This document shows, piece after piece, positions 51,756 to 63,618 of a DNA stretch of 64,000 nt. The DNA is from Octopus vulgaris (lineage: Eukaryota). The notes below the pieces were generated by a model. The model saw nothing but the letters and a program-made list of their open reading frames with translations, was not told the DNA's origin and did not search any database. The position numbers and the translations under genes were made by a program. The DNA lies in NCBI GenBank assembly GCA_951406725.2, contig OX597826.1, positions 36,580,001 to 36,644,000 on the forward strand, written 5' to 3'. Numbering within the stretch: the first letter of the stretch is position 1; each line of letters starts with the position of its first letter.

Positions 51756-53023
51756 CAGGGTGGGGAAGCAAAATTTACAATATTTTGAAACAGAGATTGA
51801 AAAACAGTGTATGATCAATTAGTTTATTGAAAGTCATGAGAATTTATTTGCCATAAGAAAATTTACATAATAGAAAATGTTTTTATTCTATGTGTCCTTC
51901 TTTCCCAATAACTGTCTTCACACGCTTCCTGAAACTTGCGCAAGTTTTCATCAAATATTCAGGAGACAACTTTTCCCGTTCTTCTTTAATAGTCTCTTTA
52001 AGGGAGTCGACATTGCTGTGTGATGTTCTATTGCTAGCATGTTCTAAAACGCCCAAAATAGCATAATCCATAGGGTTTAGATCTAGGCTAGAAGGCGGCC
52101 ATAAACATGATTCCAAAAAATTGCTAAAGTTGGATTTGCAGAAATCTTGTATTCTACTAGCTGTGTGGGCTGGAGCACCATCCTGTGTCCATACTTAATT
52201 ACCATCTGGGTAGTTTGTTTTAAGCCATGGCAATACCCGGTTTCTCAGAGTCTTGTAGTAAGTATTAACATTGACCTTTTCATCAGTTTTGTAGAATTTT
52301 ATAGGCATTTTCTTTCCATCGGAAGCCACATCACCAAAAGCCATAACTTGAGCAGGATGTTTTGTTTTGAATGTCCCCTTAACCTCAGCTGTTGATTTTG
52401 AGATAAATCTGTCATTTCTGCGGTTCAGAACAGCATCGACAGTGAAGAGCTTTTTATCTGAAAAGATTGTTACAATGGAGGACTTTTTCTTGAACCATGT
52501 AATAATTTTCTTGCACCTTTCTAATCTCTTTTCTTTCATAGCTGTTGTCAACAAGTGTTTTGGTGTTCTTGTGTGAGATTTTCACCTCAAATCATATTTT
52601 ACTGCATTTCTAATGGTCTTGTTGTCTACCTCAAGTTCATTTGCCATTTTTCCCATGGATTTGGTTGGATCCTTTAGGATTTTGGATTTGAGAGCTTTAA
52701 TAAAAGCTTTGGTACGTTTTTTGTTGGTTCCTCTACTTCTAGACTTCCTCGTAATAGTTTTGCTCTTAGTCATTCCATTCTTTACATTACAAACAGTCTT
52801 TATGGACACTCCAACTATTCTTGAAATCTCCTTTGGTGTGACAAGTGCATTTGACTTTTGCTTTCCTGATTATTCATATGGGCAAAATTTTCTGAAAAGG
52901 TAAGGATGATAGTGTTAGGTATGATTATGACATCAATATATGCTAGGTTTCAAAACAATTGACTTAGTGCCTGCTGAGAAAAAACAACTTAACGTTCATT
53001 GTAAATTTTGCTTCCCCACCCTG
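51756..53023 (-). mobile_element. maT (DD37D) Tc1/mariner transposon, near full length
   Basis: Perfect 26-bp TIRs cagggtggggaagcaaaatttacaat; TA on both sides, inside a (TA)n tract. Confidence 0.95.
51883..52877 (-). pseudogene. DD37D transposase pseudogene
   Basis: One frame from 52809 to 51883 with two in-frame stops (52582-84, 52195-97); FSD, QDGAPAH...WPPSSLDLNPMDY with 37 residues between the 2nd and 3rd Asp; frameshift near the putative ATG at 52877. Confidence 0.93.
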
Positions 53024-53044
53024 TATATATATATATATATATAT

Positions 53045-55388
53045 CAAATCAAAACAAATCAAAATAGATGAACATCAGTGGAATTGTATTCTTTGTGGTA
53101 CCAGTGCCGGTGGCACACAAGAAAACCACCCAAACGTGGCCGTAGCCAGTACCGCATCGACTGGCCTCCGTGCTGTGGGCACAACAAACACCATCCGATC
53201 GTGGCCGTTCGCCAGCCTCATCTGGCACCTGTGTCGGTGGCACATAAAGACACCATCCGAAGACCCGGCGACGTAGTCAGTCCACCTGTGCATACCTTCC
53301 CTCTTATGACACTTGTGAAGACCTGTTGAGGCAAGTGTGTGACACTTGTGAAGACCTGTTGAGGCAGAGGCAAGTGTGTGACACTTGTGGAGACCTGTTG
53401 AGGCAAGTGTGTGACCCTTGTGAAGACCTGTTGAGGCAAGTGAAAATCAAAATCAAAAATCAAATCAAACCAAATCAAAATAGATGAACATCAATGGAAT
53501 TTGTATCTTTGTGGTTCCAGTACCGGTGGCACACAAGAAAACCATCCGAACGTGGCCGTAGCCAGTACCGCATCGACTGGCCTCCGTGCTGTGGGCACAA
53601 CAAACACCATCTGATCGTGGCCGTTCGCCAGCCTCATCTGGCACCTGTGTCGGTGGCACATAAAAACACCATCCGAAGACCCGGCGACGTAGTCAGTCCA
53701 CCTGTGTATACCTTCCCTCTTATGACACTTGTGAAGACCTGTTGAGGCAAGTGTGTGACACTTGTGAAGACCTGTTGAGGCAGAGGCAAGTGTATGACAC
53801 TTTGTGAAGACCTGTTGAGGCAGAGGCAAGTGTGTGACACTTGTGGAGACGTGTTGAGGCAAGTGTGTGACACGTGTGACACTTGTGAAGACCTGTTGAG
53901 GCAAGTGAAAATCAAACCAAACTTGTGAAGACCTGTTGAGGCAAGTGAAAATCAAACCAAATCAAAATAGATGAACATCAATGGAATTTGTATCTTTGTG
54001 GTTCCAGTACCGGTGGCACACAAGAAAACCATCCGATCGTGGCCGTTCGCCAGCCTCATCTGGCACCTGTGTCGGTGGCACATAAAAACACCATCCGAAG
54101 ACCCGGCGACGTAGTCAGTCCACCTGTGCATACCTTCCTACTTATGACACTTGTGAAGACCTGTTGAGGCAAGTGAAAATCAAAATCAAATCAAATCAAA
54201 TCAAACCAAATCAAAATAGATGAACATCAATGGAATTTGTATCTTTGTGGTACCAGTACCGGTGGCACACAAGAAAACCATCCGAACGTGGCCGTAGCCA
54301 GTACCGCATCGACTGGCCTCTGTGATGTGGGCACATAACAAACACCATCCGATCGTGGCCGTCCGCCAGCCTCATCTGGCACCTGTGTCGGTGGCACATA
54401 AAAACACCAACCGAAGACCCGGCAAGACTAGTCAGGCCATAACCCATGGCCCCTACTTGGGACGTAGTCAGTCCACCTGTGCATACCTTCCTTCCTTCTT
54501 GTGACACTTGTGAAGACCTGTGAAGACCTGTTGAGGCAAGTGAAAATCAAATCAAATCAAATCAAAATAGATGAACATCAATGGAATTTGTATCTTGTGG
54601 TACCAGTGCCGATGGCACACAAGAAAACCATCCGAACGTGGCCGTAGCCAGTACCGCATCGACTGGCCTCCGTGCTGTGGGCACGCAACAAACACCATCC
54701 GATCGTGGCCGTTCGCCAGCCTCATCTGGCACCTGTGTCGGTGGCACATAAAAACACCATCCGAAGACCCGGCAAGACTAGTCAGGCCATAACCCGTGGC
54801 CCCTACCTGGGATGTAGTCAGTCCACCTGTGCATACCTTCCTTCTTGTGACACTTGTGAAGACCTGTTGAGGCAAGTGAAAATCAAATCAAATCAAAACA
54901 AATCAAAATAGATGAACATCAATGGAATTTGTATCTTTGTGGTACCAGTGCCGGTGGCACACAAGAAAATCATCCGAACGTGGCCGTAGCCAGTACCGCA
55001 TAGACTGGCCTCCGTGCTTTGGGGACGTAACAAACACCATCCGATCGTGGCCGTCCGCCAGCCTCATCTGGCACCTGTGTCGGTGGCACATAAAAACACC
55101 ATCCGAGCGTGGCCGTCTGCCAGCCTCGTCTGGCACCTGTGTCGGTGGCACATAAAAACACCATCCGAGCGTGGCCGTTCGCCAGCCTCGTCTGGCACCT
55201 GTGTCGGTGGCACATAAAATCACCCACTACACTCTCGGAGTGGTTGGCGTTAGGAAGGGCATCCAGCTGTAGAAACACTGCCAGATCTGACTGGCCTGGT
55301 GCAGCCTTCGGGCTCCCCAGACCCCAGTTGAACCGTCCAACCCATGCTAGCATGGAAAACGGACGCTAAATGATGATGATGATGATGA
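53045..55388 (+). repeat. hierarchical tandem array (6 units) terminating in a family D RTE-type tail
   Basis: aaaatagatgaacatc anchors at 53061, 53477, 53964, 54213, 54564, 54905; tail 55215-55388 ends in (TGA)n. Confidence 0.92.
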
Positions 55389-55402
55389 TATACATACATA
55401 CA

Positions 55403-55436
<34 letters not shown>

Positions 55437-55519
55437 CATACATACATACATGCATACATTTATATACTATTGTTTGTGTGTGTGTGTGTGTTTTCAGTTT
55501 TTAATCAATGAAATTCTTC

Positions 55520-55850
55520 CTCTGAGGAAGGAGCTGGTTTGTTACACAGATGCAAAATTCCATTATTGGAATGTAGATAACGAAAATAACGTCACATTTT
55601 AAACTTGAGAAAATCTTGCATATTTTTACTGTTCCACTAATAGACTGCATTAGCATGGCACAAATTGAAGGAGTTGTTTTTTCTGAAAATACATGCTTAT
55701 CCAAATTGTCACAAAACTAAGTGCACCGATATTATTGATATAATTATGAATTTATAATCTGGATGTAGAAGTTGAGGGTTTCAAAGCAGTTGTCCATATC
55801 TTCCTTATTTCTCTTTCATTTTCAAAGAGATATTCACATTGAAAGTTCAG
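55520..55850 (-). pseudogene. R4/Dong-like retrotransposon 3' remnant
   Basis: NVNISLKMKEK*GRYGQLL*NPQLLHPDYKFIII...GALSFVT; QSISGTVKICKIF; homologous to 14345-14600. Confidence 0.7.
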
Positions 55851-57326
55851 TCACCTGCCTAGTACTCTCAACCTACCAAAAAATCTTATACAAATACCAA
55901 CCCCTAACCCCCAACCCATAAATTCAGAAAACTCTTACCACCTTACAGCAGCTCAGAAAATTTGCAGCCAAGGGTCATAACACTTGACTGAATCATTGCT
56001 CAGTCTGCCTCTCACAGGTTTGTTTCATCTTTTTTTACAGCATCAACAAACCAGATGTGACATTTTTCACCTCCAATAGTGGAGAGTAGTCCCCATATAT
56101 TTTTCCATACCTGCCACCTCTGAAGAACATGCAATATTAACTGTGCTATTATCTAATATCCTGTTTTAATATCCAATGTGAAACTGATTTGTAAGATCAG
56201 TTGAAATGGATCTATAATACTGTATTCGTTGATTAATATACCCACTCTATTAACAGATATACAACTGCATGTTTTTTTCAGATTTACAGATTCAAAGATG
56301 ATTATATGTGGATGTATGGATATGTATGTACATGTCTGTATGTATGTGTGCATGTACAAATGTATGTAATTATGTATGTATATCTATGTTCAATTACACT
56401 TGCACTCTACAAAGGTTGTGACATGTGAGCAATATCATTCACGTTGTTAATTCTCCTGTCAACAAAGCATCCAGTCTGTTTGTGCCTTCTAAAACATGTG
56501 AAATAAGAAGCCCCTTACTTGAAAAACATGTTAAAGATTAACAGTAGGAAGACTATATGACTTTAAAATAAAGCCCCAGATATTATTCATCTAACCTTTG
56601 TCGACACGGATGATGGAAATATGATGTGTGTGTGCATGGCGGGGGTGTCCATGCCATGTCTTACCAAGAAGCATTAATAGTCTGAGAGGCAGAATTGAAG
56701 AGTGAAGAAGTAGTGAGTGCTAAGTAGAAATGGTAAAAATTAGCACCACCAAGAGTCATGCAGTGTTGCTACAAACATTGTAATAGGATAAAATTGATTG
56801 AATAAAATTGCTAAAATTCTTCTTGTTCACTTTAATTCGCTAAATATGGTATTTATATGAGAGAATTACAAGGAAATGGTCTGTTTGATGGTTACCAAGA
56901 GGAAGATAAATATTGGCGAATCATAGCAGGAATACACAGAGAATTAATTAAAAGTTCTACAAGAATTTGATTAATTCATATGTCTGACTGATGCCTATAT
57001 AGACTTGCAGATCTCAATGGAAATACCCAGATGTAGGTGAGAACATTCTAGAACATATGATGCAGATATACATGTATATTTTGGGAGAAAGAAAAGTTGT
57101 GTGTGTGAGTTACTCATGAAAAACAGAGAAACGAGACATCACTCTTCTTCTTTACTATCACTTCTCTGTCTATCTCTCTCCCTCTATTGTTCTTCATTCT
57201 TTCTGTTTTTCTCTACCACCCTTCCCTATTCTTCTCCTCTCCCCTTCACCATTCCCTCTCTCTCACTCCTCCTCCTCGACTCTCTCATCGCTGACACGTG
57301 ATGAGAGGGAAGCCATCTTTACGACT

Positions 57327-57711
57327 GGATGGAAGCACTCCGTCGGTTACGACAACGAGGGTTCCGGTTGATCCGATCAACGGAACAGCCTGCTCGTGAA
57401 ATTAACGTGTAAGTGGCTGAGCACTCCACAGACACGTGTACTCTTAACGTAGTTCTCGGGGATATTCAGCGTGACACAGAGAGTGACAAGGCTGGCCCTT
57501 TGAAATACAGGTACAACAGAAACAGGAAGTAAGAGTGAGAGAAAGTTGTGGTGAAAGAGTACAGCCGGGATCACCACCATCCCTGCCGAAGCCTCGTGGA
57601 GCTTTAGGTGTTTTCACTCAATAAACACTCACAATGCCCGGTCTGGGAATCGAAACCGCGATCCTACGACCGCGAGTCCACTGTCCTAACCACTGGGCCA
57701 TTGCGCCTCCA
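57327..57711 (-). mobile_element. family B tRNA-derived SINE (probably OR-type), tail variant 2, with TSD
   Basis: Head tggaggcgcaatggcccagtggttaggacag...ggtttcgattcc; TSD tctttacgact at 57316-57326 and 57714-57724. Confidence 0.92.
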
Positions 57712-58325
57712 CGTCTTTACGACTACTACCTTCACAAAGGCTTATCCTGTCTCCTTCATAAGCTAGTCTCCTTAAACGTTCAGAATAATTTTTCCATCAT
57801 CTTGGCTCAACAACCCTCATCGTTTGATTTTACTTTTTTTTTTCTCATTCTTCTGTTTTTAGTGTTTTTACTTGTTTGTTTTTATTGTTTTATTCTCACT
57901 GTTCGGTTCTTGTTATCAATTTCACCCTCTGCAAAAAATCTCAAATTTTATCTAATTTGCTTTGCGGGAAAGACTATTTCAACGAAGTCGCATCTTGTCC
58001 TTACCCTCGTAATGTGGAGTAGATAAAACAGGGACAACTGAAGAGGGGGAATATTCTTTATGTTGTATGTCTTGTTTCTCCTTATTTTTGTTGTTTGAAA
58101 AAAAGTTTGTTTCTATGTTTTTGTTTTTATGTTTCCATTTCTCATTGTGTTCAACGTTTTTTTGATGTCCTGTACCCATATATGCATGTATATATACATA
58201 TATACGTAGGTATGTACATATATGTTTGTATATATGCATATATTTATATATTATTTATATTATTATATGATCGAACACCACGCATCCTTTTCCAAGTATA
58301 TATATATATATATATATATATAAAT

Positions 58326-58429
58326 TGGTTGTATACTGTCAATCTAACACGAACGTGACAGTAGGGGGGTACACCACTGCTGTTTAGCCCCTACTATCAC
58401 GTTCATGTTAGATTGACAGTATACAACCA
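58326..58429. repeat. fold-back inverted repeat, 42-bp arms, 20-nt loop
   Basis: tggttgtatactgtcaatctaaca(c/t)gaacgtga(c/t)agtagggg; 2 mismatches. Confidence 0.93.
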
Positions 58430-58592
58430 TTCTATCGCCCCACCACCGTACATGTCTCTATGAGAGATTTAGAAATTTAGTATTTCTGATATATATAAAT
58501 TAATAATCATAAATTAGGGAATAAATCCAAACTTACAGGGAAAAATCAGATTTAGGATTAAATCCAATTTTATAGTATAAATGTATAATATT

Positions 58593-58820
58593 ATATTATA
58601 TTAAATTAGAGATAAAACCACTATTAGGCAAATCAAACAGTGAAAAACATAAGCCAATACATAAAATTAATTTTAAAATATAAAAGTTAAAATTTCAAAA
58701 AATTATTTAAATAATTTTTTAAAATTTTAACTTTTATATTTTTAAATTAATTTTATGTATTGGCTTATGTTTTTCACTGTTTGATTTGCCTAATAGTGGT
58801 TTTATCTCTAATTTGATATA

Positions 58821-58824
<4 letters not shown>
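58593..58824. repeat. spacerless palindrome, 116-bp arms
   Basis: Centre between 58708 and 58709 (aattattt|aaataatt); 3 mismatches by eye. Confidence 0.95.
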
Positions 58825-58851
<27 letters not shown>

Positions 58852-59393
58852 CGGATAGATTCATAAATATATAAAGAGGCTCAGGTGTCAATATTTAATT
58901 CACCTATCATGGAATCTACATTTTGCAAATATTACAGACAGTATTTTTGATATGAAGTATATGTCTGAATGGCTAAGAGTGGATTTCTTCCCTCAGCTGG
59001 GTTTTATTATCTACATAATACACTAAAATAATATCAAGTGGTTGCTACTTATGCACCAGGTCTGATTTTCACATAATATTGTTGAGTATTCGTGTTTTTC
59101 AAACCTAACAAGGTGCCTCAATTTAAGTACCTAATTCAACTGAATCTTAATTGCATCTTATGTATATATTTTGACTGATAAATAGATTGGCATATATATA
59201 TATATACATATATACATATATGTATACACACACATACGAATATACACCCTCCCACACACATACTAATGAGACGAGGTTGTTGAACATACAATGGACAATT
59301 TATTCTCCAAAGACATACACTACAGCATCTTGCATATTTTGTGTCTGAAACAGTCTAGATGTGTCAAGAATGAATATGCAAATATTCGGCTAT

Positions 59394-59696
59394 AGGCACA
59401 GAAGTGGCTATGAGCTTGCTTACTGACCACGTGGTTCTGGGTTCAGTTCCATTGTGTAGCACCTTGGGAAAGTGTCCTTTACTCTAGCCTTGAGCTGACC
59501 ATAGCCTTGTGTGTGAATTTGGTAGACAGGAACTGACTGAAAGAAGCCTTTCATCTTTTCGGGGTCGATTAAATAAGTACCAGTTATGTACTGGGGTCAA
59601 ATTAATCGACTTAATCCCTTTGTCTGTCCTTGTTTGTCCCCTCTATGTTTAGCCCCTTGTGGGCAATAAAGAAATATGTGCGTGTGTGTGTATGTT

Positions 59697-59741
<45 letters not shown>

Positions 59742-59958
59742 CTGTGTGTATATGTTTGTAGCCCCAACATCTCTAGACAACCAATGCTGGTGTGTTTATT
59801 TCCCCGTAACTTAGCAGTTCCGCAAAAAGAGACTGATAGAATAAGTACTAGGCTTACAAAGAATAAGTCCTAGTGTTGATTTGTTTGACTAAAGTGGGTG
59901 CCCCAGCATGGCCACAGTCAAATGACTGAAACAAGTAAAAGAATAAAAAATAAAAGAA
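59394..59958 (+). mobile_element. family C SINE containing a 5'-truncated family A SINE (about 59546-59675)
   Basis: ...ctgaaagaagcc|tttcatcttttcggggtcgat...gggcaataaagaaata|(TG/TA)n then the family C 3' half. Confidence 0.85.
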
Positions 59959-60081
59959 TGTATGTGAGCGTGGGTGTGTGTGCATGTGTGTGTGTGTATC
60001 TGTATGTACACATGCTATTATATATTTCATTTGTAAATATAGCCCTAACTACATGTGCCTAATGCAGAAATATGCACATGT

Positions 60082-60120
<39 letters not shown>

Positions 60121-60613
60121 AATGTATTGACATACAGATACTCTGTATCCATGTATATACATGTTATACTCACAGCTTCAGATACACTGTTGTATATATA
60201 TGGAAAATATATCAGGGATACATCAATACCAGCAGAGCTTAACATGTATGTACATATATAAACACTTGTTGGGAAGGATCATTAAAGGGGGAACAGAAAA
60301 TGTTCTTGTAAATCCAATAAAGAAGATGCGTTTTCTAGACTGTGATGCATCATTGTCTGTGAAAATACTGGATACTGTGCAGTAAATCATGGGCATTTTG
60401 CTCAGTGCCATCCAGCACGAAACTTGGAGTTATGGATAAGCAATCATCTTAAGTAACAAACACAATAATAAATATCTATTCTACTTGATGTATTTAGCAC
60501 TTTTTGTGTTATTCATAAATCTACATCAACTGCAGTCAATAAATGTGTTTTTGTGTGTTAGTCTGTGTGTGTGTCTGTGTATGTGTGTAAGTTTCTGTGT
60601 GTGTGTAAGTATA

Positions 60614-60665
<52 letters not shown>

Positions 60666-60719
60666 TACATTGACTGCAATTGGTCTAAATTTATATATAT
60701 GCATTTATATTTATGTATA

Positions 60720-61548
60720 CATAGATAGTCCGATCAATCAGTATCTGAATTATTGCTATAGTAACGAATCTAAAGCACGCAGAGTGAACCTGCTTGGCGC
60801 AAACTGACCTTGAACTCTGCCATGCATGCACACTAAGTTTTAATGCTCTAACTCACTTTTACTGTTTAAGGCAGTGCTTGAAAGAAAGGTGTGTAGTGTG
60901 TGTTCATCACATGAACCATGACAGAGAAAGTTGAGCAGAGATCTGCACCAAATTTTACTAAAAGCTTGGTAAGACTTCCTCAGAGGCCTACACAAAGTTT
61001 TCAAAAGGTTTTCATCATTCTTGACCCAGTGAAGAAGATCTTGTGCAACTGAAACCCAAGTGTCTTCTTGGTCAGCTGAAAGCAGTTTTGGCACAAAGTT
61101 GGTTGACACGCATCTCATACCCAAATCTTTAGTGATAATATACTGAATTGAGCAGTAACTAATCCGTACGTCCTCTGATAACTTACTCTGATGGTGATTC
61201 AATGATTTCCCCTCACAGCTGCAAACACATCTGTGATGTTTTTCTCAGTTCTGCTGGTTGCGGGTCTCCCAGAATGTTTGCCAATATGGACATTTTTCTG
61301 ACCATCTTGGAAATGTCTGAACCCCTCATACACTCATACTCCTTTCCACACTGTTTCTGAAACACTGAGTACGCTATACACCTTACTTCCAAGCACTGCT
61401 GTAGACAGCAGAAGTGAGCTAGAATGTTAAAATTTAATGCATATGCACAGAATGGTTCAAGGTCAATCTTTGACAAGCAGCTTTACTCTGCATGGTTTAA
61501 CTTCGTTACTATGGCAACAATCTGGATATTTATTGATCAAACCTCATG
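60720..61548. mobile_element. fold-back mariner derivative with long inverted ends of about 185 bp
   Basis: Ends gatcaat..tat...atagtaacgaa...gcagagt...tgaccttgaac...gcagtgcttg.aag.aaggtgt are inverted copies; TA flanks; minus strand encodes SGRPATSRT...ITKDLGMRCVSTNFVPKLLSADQ. Confidence 0.85.
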
Positions 61549-61559
61549 TATATGCACAC

Positions 61560-61622
61560 ACTCTTACATATATATTTACAAATATATTTGTATATATACA
61601 TATATTTGTATATATGTGCATA

Positions 61623-61707
<85 letters not shown>

Positions 61708-61724
61708 CTCTTTCTCTCTCTCTA

Positions 61725-61792
<68 letters not shown>
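61560..61792. repeat. (TATC)n/(TC)n/(TA)n compound microsatellite
   Basis: Direct reading. Confidence 0.95.
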
Positions 61793-61793
<1 letters not shown>

Positions 61794-63396
61794 GATCAAA
61801 CACAAAAGAGATACCCGAAGAATAGGATATCTGACTTGCTAGAAAGAGCAGTTAAAACTCCAAGCCACCAATTGTTGTAATTCTGAAAGTGATTGGAAAA
61901 CAAAAACTTATACCTTAATCCTATATATATATATATATATATACCTATCTATCTCTGTCTCTTTTTGTGTACATACAGACAATATATATGTGTGTGTGTT
62001 TGTGCTTGTATGTATATAAATATATACATATAAATATCTACATATATGTTTGCATATATGTATATGTGTGTGTGTGTGTGTATGTGTGTGTGTATGTGTG
62101 TGTGTGAGCACGTACTCAAACCCATGGATAGTACAGCCACGTTGTCCACAAAGTTTAAAACACATAAGTCATTACATAAGGAACCTCAGTTTGTTCTCAA
62201 GACAAAAACGATAGATTTATTGGTTCCTGGCATTCAAAATGTTGACCATAAATAATTATGTAACAGTAAAGTGTCCGTGTAAAAGAAAATGTGTTGCTAT
62301 TAGAGTATCACATAGATGAGTTGTTTCGTTAATAGAGGAGAGAATTAATTGCTGTTTTGTCCATATTTATAGTATGTTCGTTCATTAATTCCGTGTATAT
62401 AACTATGGCATAAAATGTGGAGTGATGTCAATATGTCAGCAGAAATAAGATTTAGAAGGCTTTCATCTATGTAACCTACTTGTGTTGATTGTAATTAGCT
62501 TAGCCAATTAATGAATTGTCTGATGATTTATTGTCAGAATTTCAAATCTTGCCTTGGTGAACTTAGCCTTATGTCTTCCTAAATTAATAAAATATGTAAC
62601 ACTGTGTCATGCTCTGTGAATTGTAGTTCTGTTGGTCCATCTTCTTAAATAATGGATTATTGAAACACATTTTGAGATTTATATTCATCTTGGGTGGTGA
62701 TTCTGGAGCAGAATAATAAGCTCATCTCTTATTGGGTAAAAAATACATAAGAACATGGTTAAATATATCCTACCTGGGAATTGATAATTAATTGTATTAT
62801 TTTATAAAAGCAAACTCTTAATAAAATTGTTAACTGTGCCTTTATGCTGGCTTTAAACATTTTTGGGGTAAATTGCAAAATACTTCAAGCAGGGATTGGG
62901 GCAAACACCAGAGATTCACTGGGCACAAGTCCTAATGTGGCCATTAAGCCCAATCTGGAACTGTCCTTGCTAACAAATGCCAAGTCAGAAAGCATGAGAT
63001 TGATGGTACAGGGCTGAAAGCCAAGGAATTACACTTATTCAAGTAAAATATATCTTCGAGGTGAATGCCACAAAGAACTGGAAGAGTTTATCAAAAGTGC
63101 AGAGAACAGAAATAATGAAGAGTAACACAATTCCCAGTTTCCAGAGCATCTCCAGCCAAAAATCTGTAAAGGACAAATGAAATATCTTTATGCTCAGTAT
63201 CACAAGTATTGAGCAATTAATTAATTAAGTGGTGAAGAGAAGAAAAGAGCCAACTTTAAGAATTGTATTGAAGAACTCCCCCGATCTAGAGACTTAGCAA
63301 AATTTCAGATGTGAGGTTTTCTGCTGCTTTCTCACTCTCACAAACTCAGATATACCTTAGAGAACTAGTCAACTGAGTTATGAGTGTAAGTATTTG

Positions 63397-63618
63397 TTTA
63401 TTTATTGCCCATAATGGGCTAAATATAGGAGGGACAAACAAGCACAGACAAAGGGATTAAGTTGATTATATTGACCCCAGTACATAACTGGTACTTATTT
63501 AATCGATCCTGAAAGGATGAAAGGCAAAGTCGACTTCGGCAGAATTTGAACTCAGAATGTAACAACAGATGAAATACTGCTAAGCATTTTGTCCGGCATG
63601 CTAATGCTTCTGCCAGTT
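63397..63618 (-). mobile_element. family A SINE, near full length
   Basis: Matches 11618-12157 without the nested insert. Confidence 0.9.

Noticed and set aside
53045-55215. CRISPR-like appearance of the array, and recurring 60-150 aa ORFs
   Set aside because: Segments between repeats are homologous rather than unique spacers, there are no cas genes, and the context is eukaryotic; the ORFs are repeat translations with inconsistent frames
58030-58065. CUGAAGA followed by a short hairpin
   Set aside because: No GAAA/UH half, so not called a hammerhead
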